The notes below the pieces were generated by a model, which saw nothing but the letters and a program-made list of their open reading frames with translations, did no database searches and had not been told where the DNA came from. From assembly GCA_024277355.1 (NCBI GenBank), contig JAJRVL010000004.1, positions 30,001 through 62,000 of the forward strand: DNA of 32,000 bases, read 5' to 3'. The first letter of the stretch is position 1, and each line of letters begins with the position of its first letter. This document shows, piece after piece, positions 25,371-32,000 of this stretch. The DNA is from an archaeon (lineage in GTDB: Archaea; Iainarchaeota; Iainarchaeia; Iainarchaeales; 1-14-0-10-31-34). Made by a program: the position numbers and the translations under genes.

Positions 25371-26570
25371 ATGAAAAAAATAAAATTAACTAAACTTAGG
25401 AAAACCACTTATAAAAGAAAAAATTTTGGGAAAACTCGTATTCAAATAAGAAAAGAGTTATGTGACCCAAATACAGCTGGAGCAAATAAAGCGGTTGTAA
25501 ACTCATTATTATTTAAATATCCTACTGTATCTTCTATTAAGTTAGCTGAACTATTAAGTAAAAAAGGAATTGCAATTTCGCCTATTACTTTAAGAACTAA
25601 AAAAAATCGCTGGATTAAAGAAGGACTTTTAGTTATTTCTAAAAATAGAACTAATTTATATAAAGAAATTCCTGAGTTAGTCAAAGAAGTAGAACTCACT
25701 GATATGGCTAAACTAAAAAAGTTTTTACTTGAAAGTGAAGGGAAAAAAAACTTTAAAGAAATAGCAAGAGAAACAAATGTTAATAACGAAGCTAAAGTAG
25801 CTGGTGCTGTTAAAACTTTAAGAAAAGAAGCAAATCTTATGCATCAACAACTTGCAGATATGCGAAATAAACTAAAAGAACTAAAAAAAGTAAATGCTTC
25901 ATCTGAAGAAATAAAAGGATTAGAAGATAAAATAAAAAGATTTAATTGGGGGCATAAAACAAAAGAAGGATTTGAGCGTTCAATAGAAGACTTTGAACTT
26001 AAAAATAAAAAACAAGGACGCAAAACAAATTCTATTCCTGAATTAAGTGAAAGACAACAGAATCGTCTGGAAAACGTAAAATTAGACATTACAAATGCAA
26101 TTAGAATAACAAAAAGAAAATATAAATGGAATCCTGAAACTAGTGCTGAATTTACTGGGGAAGTTAATCGATTAATGCCTAGCTGGATTATAGGGCATGA
26201 AAAATATGAGGCAAAATGTAAAAAAGAAAAAATACCAAAAAATAGAATTAGAAGTTTAAAGAATCATATTTATGAAAAAGTCAAAAAAATAGCATTGGGT
26301 TTTCTTATTAAAATTATGTCAAGAACGCATGGATTAAAATTTAAACAATCACAAAATCTTATTGCTTTATTAAGACAATTAAGAGAAAGAAGAATAGATA
26401 TAAGAAAAACAGATTTAAAAAATATTGATTTAAAAGAAATAGTTAATGCTGTAAGAAAATATAAATCATATTCTAAACTTACTTTAATTGAAGCAGAACA
26501 CTTACTGGAAAATCATCAAGCTTATCTGCTTCGCTTAACTAATAATAGTTTTGAAAGAAGAGACACTTAA
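25371..26570 (+). CDS. Basic 399-aa hypothetical protein with N-terminal helix-turn-helix-like segments
   Basis: SIKLAELLSKKGIAISPITLRTKKNRW and NFKEIARETNVNNEAKVAGAVKTLRKE look like HTH units. The rest is helical and K/R/E-rich. No enzymatic motif is recognised. Confidence 0.5.
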   Translation: MKKIKLTKLRKTTYKRKNFGKTRIQIRKELCDPNTAGANKAVVNSLLFKYPTVSSIKLAELLSKKGIAISPITLRTKKNRWIKEGLLVISKNRTNLYKEIPELVKEVELTDMAKLKKFLLESEGKKNFKEIARETNVNNEAKVAGAVKTLRKEANLMHQQLADMRNKLKELKKVNASSEEIKGLEDKIKRFNWGHKTKEGFERSIEDFELKNKKQGRKTNSIPELSERQQNRLENVKLDITNAIRITKRKYKWNPETSAEFTGEVNRLMPSWIIGHEKYEAKCKKEKIPKNRIRSLKNHIYEKVKKIALGFLIKIMSRTHGLKFKQSQNLIALLRQLRERRIDIRKTDLKNIDLKEIVNAVRKYKSYSKLTLIEAEHLLENHQAYLLRLTNNSFERRDT

Positions 26571-27830
26571 TTATTTCCCAAAAACAGCTTTATTTTTTTC
26601 ACTTAATTCTTCTTCAATTCTTAATAACTGATTATATTTGGTGTTTCGATCACTTCTTGCAGGAGCACCGAATTTTGATTGTCCTGTTCCTAATCCAACC
26701 ACTAAATCTGCAATAAACCCATCTTCTGTTTCTCCGCTTCTATGGGAAACAATTACATTCCAGTTGTTTTCAAATGAAAGTTTAGCTGAAGCAATTGATT
26801 CTGAAACAGAACCAATTTGATTTACTTTTAATAATAAAGCATTGCATGAATTTTCTTTTATTGCTTTTTCAATAAACTTAATGTTAGTTACTAATAAGTC
26901 ATCTCCTACAATCTGAATTTTTTTTCCTAATTTTTCTGTTAAAATATTCCATCCCTGCCAATCTTGTTCTGCCATTCCATCTTCAATTGAAACAATATTA
27001 AACTTTGAAATTAAATCTGAATAAAAGTCAGTTAATTCTCCTGCATTAAATTTTTTTTCTCCGATGAAATAATTTCCTTCTTTAAAAAATTCACTTGAAG
27101 CACAGTCAATTACTATTTTTACTTCTTTTGTGTAACCGGTTTCTTCTATTGCATTTAAAATTAATTCTAATTTTTGTTCTTCGTCTGTTATTTTTGGGAC
27201 AAATCCGCCTTCATCTCCGATTAATCCTGCTAAAGAACCAAATTTTTTTTTCATTAATTTTTTTAATGCATGATAAATTTCAACTGACATCTGCATTGCT
27301 TCAGAAAAAGATTTTGCTCCAACAGGATAAATCATTCTTTCCTGAATGTCATTTTCTAATCCTGCATGTTTTCCGCCGTTTAATACATTCATTTGAGGAA
27401 CTGGAAGGCAATATTTTTTTATATCAGCTAATTCTCCTAAATATTCATACAATGAAATTTCTTTTGTTTTGGCTGCAGCTCTTGTTACGGCCATGCTTAC
27501 TGCAACAACTGCATTTGCACCTAAATTAGCTTTATTTTCTGTTCCGTCTAATTCAATCATTGTTTTATCGATGTTTTCCTGTTCAGTTACAGTCATTCCT
27601 TTTAATTTTTCATTTATTTTTAAATTAACATTTTCAACTGCTTTTAATACTCCTTTGCCGTTAAATGCTTTTTCTTTGTCTCTTAATTCAATTGCTTCAT
27701 TGCTTCCAGTTGAAGCACCTGAAGCAACTATTGCTCTTTCAATTATTTTTCCTGTTTTAACTTCTGCTTCAATAGTAGGGTTTCCTCTTGAATCAAAAAC
27801 CTGTCTTGCTTTAACATAATCAATCTGCAC
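26571..27830 (-). CDS. eno: Enolase
   Basis: DSRGNPTIEAEV, LLKVNQIGSVSE, and SHRSGETED are present. It has a GTG start with GAAGGAGA SD. Its stop is directly adjacent to the convergent gene's stop. Confidence 0.95.
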   Translation of the reverse strand: MQIDYVKARQVFDSRGNPTIEAEVKTGKIIERAIVASGASTGSNEAIELRDKEKAFNGKGVLKAVENVNLKINEKLKGMTVTEQENIDKTMIELDGTENKANLGANAVVAVSMAVTRAAAKTKEISLYEYLGELADIKKYCLPVPQMNVLNGGKHAGLENDIQERMIYPVGAKSFSEAMQMSVEIYHALKKLMKKKFGSLAGLIGDEGGFVPKITDEEQKLELILNAIEETGYTKEVKIVIDCASSEFFKEGNYFIGEKKFNAGELTDFYSDLISKFNIVSIEDGMAEQDWQGWNILTEKLGKKIQIVGDDLLVTNIKFIEKAIKENSCNALLLKVNQIGSVSESIASAKLSFENNWNVIVSHRSGETEDGFIADLVVGLGTGQSKFGAPARSDRNTKYNQLLRIEEELSEKNKAVFGK

Positions 27831-27848
27831 AATTATCTCCTTCTAAAC

Positions 27849-28334
27849 TTATTTTATTGTTAAGTCTTCTTCTAATGCTTGTAAGTCTTCTTCGTGTTCG
27901 ACTTCATCCCGCATGATTTCAAAAGCCATTTGATAAGTTATTTCATCTTTATCTTTAGTTAAATCCATTAATGATTTATATGCTTTTATTGCGCATTGTT
28001 CTCCTTTAATATTTTGAATTAAAATTTTTAGTACAGCTGGATTTGTTGGTGCGTCATAACCGCAGTTTGTTTTTTCAAGCCATTATTTTGGGTTAAGCAA
28101 TGGTTCTCCGCCTAATTGAAGTATTCTATCTGCAAGCATTCCTGCATGCCTTAATTCATCTGTTGCATGCTGAATTAATTCTGTTATTACTGCGTCTTTG
28201 TTTATTCCTTTAACTATTTTTGCTCCAATCCAATATTGATAATAAGCTAACCATTCATCAGCTAAAGCTTTATTTAATACTTCAATTAATTCATTTACAT
28301 TAATTCCAACTATTTCTTTTCCTATAGTTCCCAT
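27849..28334 (-). pseudogene. DPS-like (DPSL) ferritin-superfamily protein interrupted by a single in-frame TAA at 28083-28085
   Basis: 83 codons, a TAA, then 77 further codons follow in the same frame. Di-iron ligands lie on both sides (ADEWLAYY, DELRH | GEQCAI, EVEHE). The DPSL-type Cys pair (TNCGYD, GEQCAI) is present. See findings. Confidence 0.8.
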
Positions 28335-28639
28335 TTAATCACCTTTTATTTTAAATTAAAACATTATTTTTAGTAAAACAGTTTGATATAATAAAAACCC
28401 AAAAACTATTTAAAGAAAGACAACTTAATATTATTCATGAAACCCCAAGCAAAACATTTAATTGGAAAAACAAAAACCGGAAACTTTCAGCAAAAAAAAC
28501 AAAAAATAGTTGTACAAAAAATAAAAAAAACAGATAAAGGACTGGTTGTTTCTTTTACTAAAGTAAGATAAAATACATAAAACTTGTTTTTTTAAGATTA
28601 ATGGTATTAAATATATTTGTGGGTTCTTCCAGTGATTTA

Positions 28640-29614
28640 ATGCAAAAAGAAGAATTTGAATTAAAGCTTTTTTCGGGAACATCTAATTCTGAACTTGCCG
28701 AAGAAATTGCTTCTTTTTTAGGAATAAATTTAGGCGAAATAGATATTACTACTTTTAGTGACGGGGAAATAAATCTTGAAATACAGGAATCAATCAGAGG
28801 AAAAGATGTTTATATAATTCAGTCAACTTGTTTTCCTACAAATGACAAAGTAATGGAATTACTTTTATTTTTAGATTCAGCTAAAAGGGCGTCAGCAAAA
28901 AGAATTACTGCTGTAATTCCATATTATGGTTATGCAAGACAGGATAGAAAAAGTTCTCCTCGTGCTCCAATTAGTGCAAAATTATTAGCAGATGTAATTA
29001 CTGTTGCAGGAGCAGACAGAGTTTTAGCGGTTGACTTGCATGCAGCTCAAATTCAGGGATTTTTTAATATTCAGGTAGACAATTTAAGTGCAAAATTATT
29101 GATTGTAGAAGACATAAGAGAAAACAAAATGAAAAATTTATGTATTGTTTCTCCTGACATTGGAGGAATTAGAAGAGCAAGAGATTTATCTAAATTACTT
29201 AATGCAGAATTAGCAGTGGTAGACAAATACAGAAGTGAAGCAAATAAATCAGAAGTAATGAATATAATCGGCAAAGTTAAAGGAAAAAACTGTATTTTAG
29301 TTGATGACATAATTGACACTGCAGGAACAATGTGTGCTGCAGCAGAAGAACTTAAAAATAAAGGTGCATTAAGTGTAATGGCTTATGCAACCCATCCAGT
29401 TTTATCAGGAAAAGCAATAGAAAAAATCAGTAAATCTCCATTAAAAGAAGTAGTTATATCTGATTCAATTCCATTAAACGGCAAAGCACAAAAATGCAAA
29501 AAAATAAGAGTATTTTCTATTTCAGAATTATTAGCCAAAGCAATACACAACATTCATACATCAAAATCAGTTTCAGAATTATTTGAATCAGACAAACAAG
29601 TCAAATTAGTTTAA
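28640..29614 (+). CDS. prs: Ribose-phosphate pyrophosphokinase (bacterial class I type)
   Basis: KLFSGTSNSELAEEIA, VIPYYGYARQDRK, AVDLHAAQIQGFF, VSPDIGG, and ILVDDIIDTAGT are present. I prefer the ATG at 28640 (9 aa before KLFSG) over the track's 28601. Confidence 0.93.
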   Translation: MQKEEFELKLFSGTSNSELAEEIASFLGINLGEIDITTFSDGEINLEIQESIRGKDVYIIQSTCFPTNDKVMELLLFLDSAKRASAKRITAVIPYYGYARQDRKSSPRAPISAKLLADVITVAGADRVLAVDLHAAQIQGFFNIQVDNLSAKLLIVEDIRENKMKNLCIVSPDIGGIRRARDLSKLLNAELAVVDKYRSEANKSEVMNIIGKVKGKNCILVDDIIDTAGTMCAAAEELKNKGALSVMAYATHPVLSGKAIEKISKSPLKEVVISDSIPLNGKAQKCKKIRVFSISELLAKAIHNIHTSKSVSELFESDKQVKLV

Positions 29615-29617
29615 CTC

Positions 29618-29785
29618 AACCTTTTTTAAAAAAAAGCCTTGACCAAAAAAGGTTTTTGTTGCGCAAAAACTAATTCAATAACATTTTAATTCTTTCCAAC
29701 AAACTTTTTCAGAAAAAGTTTGATCAAAAACGGTTTTTGCTTTGCGAAAACTAATTCAATACTGTTTTAATTCTTTTCAAACAAA
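29618..29785. repeat. Two tandem ~82-bp imperfect direct repeats, each with conserved hairpins, in the prs-lhr intergenic region
   Basis: 29631-29703 aligns to 29713-29785 at roughly 80-85 percent by hand alignment. Identical cores are AAAACTAATTCAATA and TTTTAATTCTTT. Each unit carries a GTTTTTG...CAAAAAC type hairpin and is preceded by a C-T(5-6)...A(5-8)-G hairpin. Confidence 0.7.
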
Positions 29786-29847
29786 AATAATTAAGGCTTG
29801 CCTAATATTTTATTTTTTTATTTTCATTATTTCTTAACGTGATAAAA

Positions 29848-32000
29848 ATGATTTCCTTCCAGAAAGAAAAATACTCTGAAAAACAGATTCACTCAATGTT
29901 AAATCCTCTGCTTAGTGAATGGTTTAAAGAAAAATTTGATTCTTTCACTGAACCTCAAAAATATTCTATTCCAAACATCCATAACAAACAAAATACTTTA
30001 GTCAGCGCAGTAACCGGAAGCGGAAAAACTTTATCTGCTTTTACTGCAGTATTAAATGAATTAATTAATTTATCTGAAAACAATCAGCTTGAAAACAAAG
30101 TTTATGCAGTTTATATTTCTCCTTTACGTGCATTAAACAATGACATTAAAAGAAACTTATTAGAACCTTTAAATGAAATAGAAAAAAAATTTGAATTAAA
30201 ACAAAAACAAGAAATAGCTGAAACAAAAAAAGAAATAAACAAATTAAAAAAAGAATTAAAAGAATTAGAAAAAAACAAAAAGCAATTAAAAAATAAAGAA
30301 AAAGAATCAATTAAAAATAAAATAAAAGAAAAAGAATTAGTTTCAGGAAAAACCCTTTCCCAAAAACAAAAATTAAAACCAAAAAAATTAGATATTAGAA
30401 TAGGAGTAAGAACCGGCGATACAACTCAGTCAGAAAGAGCTTTAATGGCAAGAAAAGTTCCTCATATTTTAATTACTACTCCTGAATCATTAGCTATAAT
30501 GCTTAATGCACCAAAATTCAGGGAAAATTTCAGGGAAAGCCAATGGTTAATAATAGATGAAATTCATGCTTTAGCAAACAATAAAAGAGGAAGTCATTTA
30601 TCAATTTCAATGGAAAGACTGCAAAAACTTTCTCCTAAAATTACAAGAATTGGTTTAAGTGCAACTATTGCTCCTATAAAAGAAATAGCAAGATTTTTAG
30701 TTGGATTAGAAAAAGGAAAAACAAGAAACTGCAGAATAATTGAAGCAAAACTGGAAAAAAAATTAAATTTAAAAGTTTTGTCTCCTTTGCCTAATTTTAT
30801 TGATGTAACACAAGAACAAGTTCAGGAAAAACTTTATGAATTATTAGATAAATTAATTCAAGACCATAAAACAACTTTAATTTTTACTAATACTCGAAGT
30901 GCAACTGAAAGAATAGTTCATCATTTAAAAGAAAAATTTCCAAAAAATTATTCAGCTAATATTGATGCACATCATTCTTCTTTATCCAGAACTCACAGGC
31001 TTAATACAGAAGAAAGACTGAAAAAAGGAGAATTAAAAGTTGTTGTCAGTTCAACTTCATTAGAATTAGGAATTGACATTGGTTTTATTGATTTAGTTGT
31101 TTTGCTTGGAAGCCCTAAAAGTGTAGCAAGGGCATTGCAAAGGGTTGGAAGATCAGGACATAAATTACATGATGAAATCAAAGGAAGATTAATTGTAATG
31201 GATCGAGATGACTTAATTGAATGTTCTGTTTTATTAAAAAATGCAGTTGAACACAAAATTGACAGAATTCAAGTCCCAAAAAACCCTTTAGATGTACTCT
31301 CCCAACAGATTTACGGCATTGCAATAGAAGAAAGCCAGAAAGTAGAAGAAGTATACCAATTAATCATTCAGGCTTATCCTTTTAGTTCATTAAAAAGAAG
31401 CTCTTTTTATGAAATAATTGACTATTTATCAGGGAAATTTACTTCATTAGAAAACAGGCATGTTTATGCTAAAATCTGGTTTGATGAAGAAACAGGATTT
31501 ATAGGCAAAAGAGGAAAAATGGCAAGAATAATTTATATGACCAATATAGGGACTATTCCTGATGAAGCAAGAGTTACAGTTAAAATAAAAGAACACAAAA
31601 TTGGAAGTATTGATGAAGGTTTTTTAGAAAGACTAAAAAGAGGAGATGTGTTTATTTTAGGAGGGCAAAGTTATGAATTTCGTTATGCTCAAGGAATGAC
31701 AGCACAAGTAATAACAGCATATCAAAGACCGCCGACTGTTCCTTCATGGTTTAGTGAAATGCTTCCATTAAGTTTTGATTTAGCTTTAGATATAGGAAAA
31801 TTTCGTGAATTAATTGGACAAAAATTTAAATTAAAAAAACCAGAAAAAGAAATTAAAAATTTAATCAGAAAATATGTTTATGTAGAAGAAAATGCTGTTA
31901 ATGCAATCTATGAATATTTTAAAGAACAATTTTTGTTTTTAGAAATGCCTTCTCAAAAAAAATTATTAATTGAAGTTTTTTCTGAAGGAAATATGCGTCA
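29848..32000 (+). CDS. lhr: Lhr-type large superfamily-2 helicase, N-terminal about 717 aa (3' end outside the window)
   Basis: Absent from the track because no stop occurs before the edge. Motif I AVTGSGKT, Ia YISPLRAL, Ib RTGDT, II DEIH, III LSAT, and VI QRVGRSGH are present. The post-helicase winged-helix/domain-4-like sequence follows (PLDVLSQQIYG...). Confidence 0.88.
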   Translation, partial: MISFQKEKYSEKQIHSMLNPLLSEWFKEKFDSFTEPQKYSIPNIHNKQNTLVSAVTGSGKTLSAFTAVLNELINLSENNQLENKVYAVYISPLRALNNDIKRNLLEPLNEIEKKFELKQKQEIAETKKEINKLKKELKELEKNKKQLKNKEKESIKNKIKEKELVSGKTLSQKQKLKPKKLDIRIGVRTGDTTQSERALMARKVPHILITTPESLAIMLNAPKFRENFRESQWLIIDEIHALANNKRGSHLSISMERLQKLSPKITRIGLSATIAPIKEIARFLVGLEKGKTRNCRIIEAKLEKKLNLKVLSPLPNFIDVTQEQVQEKLYELLDKLIQDHKTTLIFTNTRSATERIVHHLKEKFPKNYSANIDAHHSSLSRTHRLNTEERLKKGELKVVVSSTSLELGIDIGFIDLVVLLGSPKSVARALQRVGRSGHKLHDEIKGRLIVMDRDDLIECSVLLKNAVEHKIDRIQVPKNPLDVLSQQIYGIAIEESQKVEEVYQLIIQAYPFSSLKRSSFYEIIDYLSGKFTSLENRHVYAKIWFDEETGFIGKRGKMARIIYMTNIGTIPDEARVTVKIKEHKIGSIDEGFLERLKRGDVFILGGQSYEFRYAQGMTAQVITAYQRPPTVPSWFSEMLPLSFDLALDIGKFRELIGQKFKLKKPEKEIKNLIRKYVYVEENAVNAIYEYFKEQFLFLEMPSQKKLLIEVFSEGNMR

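Noticed and set aside
27095-27819. Two 144-aa and 116-aa plus-strand ORFs
   Set aside because: They are antisense to enolase. The same reasoning applies to 26638-26820, 18094-18465, 23300-23521, 29071-29319 and 30993-31256, which are antisense to eno, the KaiC-like gene, purD, prs and lhr.
28083-28085. In-frame TAA in the DPSL gene as evidence for an alternative genetic code
   Set aside because: TAA terminates the majority of well-supported genes in this window (dph5, folD, eno, prs and others). TGA (purL, purH, purN, glyA) and TAG (folC) also act as stops. A code reassignment is therefore not supported.
28437-28571. 44-aa plus-strand ORF (MKPQAKHLIGKTKTGNFQQKKQKIVVQKIKKTDKGLVVSFTKVR) in the 305-bp DPSL-prs divergent spacer
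   Set aside because: It has no SD and no recognisable motif, and its lysine-rich composition is expected from A-rich spacer. It could be a leaderless micro-gene, but the evidence is insufficient. The overlapping minus ORF 28458-28682 is likewise rejected.
29701-29721. A third palindrome, AAACTTTTT-CAG-AAAAAGTTT, sharing AACTT/AAGTT arms with those at 16029 and 25336, as evidence for one common binding motif
   Set aside because: The spacing between arms differs greatly (4, 8 and 11 nt). The arms are short and AT-rich, and this palindrome lacks a TATA core. It is better read as a hairpin within the tandem repeat.
29618-29785. Possible CRISPR array or box C/D sRNA in the prs-lhr spacer
   Set aside because: There are only two repeat copies, directly adjacent, with no unique spacers and no cas genes. 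No RUGAUGA/CUGA box pairs are present. It is kept as an unexplained repeat instead.
1-32000. Search for tRNA, rRNA, transposase/IS ends, integrase and CRISPR
   Set aside because: No intergenic segment shows the GC-rich 70-90-nt island expected of a tRNA in such an AT-rich genome. No rRNA-like sequence, terminal inverted repeats with a transposase ORF, or regularly spaced repeats were seen. This was a visual scan only, so tRNAscan/Infernal should confirm it.

Overview
This is a very AT-rich, densely packed window (by eye well under one-third GC). It reads as a chromosomal segment of a small-genome archaeon; DPANN-like is my guess, not a database result. Archaeal or archaeal/eukaryal markers are present: diphthine synthase, NucS/EndoMS, a DPS-like ferritin, DUF357- and DUF63-like proteins, and an Lhr helicase. 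They sit next to bacterial-looking enzymes (PurN, PurH, class I Prs). TAA, TGA and TAG all terminate well-supported genes (TAA dominates), so the code is standard. Many genes carry strong GGAGG/GGTGA-type Shine-Dalgarno motifs.

The backbone is a purine plus folate/one-carbon supercluster. It comprises nth-purQ-purL-purS-tmk (minus strand), folC, yggS, an unassigned polytopic membrane protein, glyA-folD-purN-purH (plus strand) and 5-formyl-THF cyclo-ligase, with purD, eno and prs further on.

Three blocks of orphan genes interrupt it:
- (i) 14.8-16.4 kb: a palindrome-fronted RHH + minimal HNH nuclease + zinc-ribbon membrane protein unit, with an AN1-like zinc-finger gene beside it.
- (ii) 17.1-19.5 kb: a CheC-like protein, a Walker-A-less KaiC/FlaH-like protein with a SHOCT-like tail, and lysine-rich coiled-coil/basic proteins.
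- (iii) 24.5-26.6 kb: a zinc-ribbon protein, a micro coiled-coil protein, a lysine-rich protein with an acidic tail, and a 399-aa HTH protein.

Other notable points:
- A DPSL ferritin gene carries one in-frame TAA while all catalytic residues are intact.
- PurS is a fused double domain.
- An ~82-bp tandemly duplicated hairpin element lies upstream of lhr.
- Several genes are missing from the supplied ORF track: a 38-aa polylysine peptide, 54-aa and 46-aa ORFs, the right-edge lhr and the left-edge membrane gene.

I recognised no rRNA, tRNA, CRISPR array or transposase.
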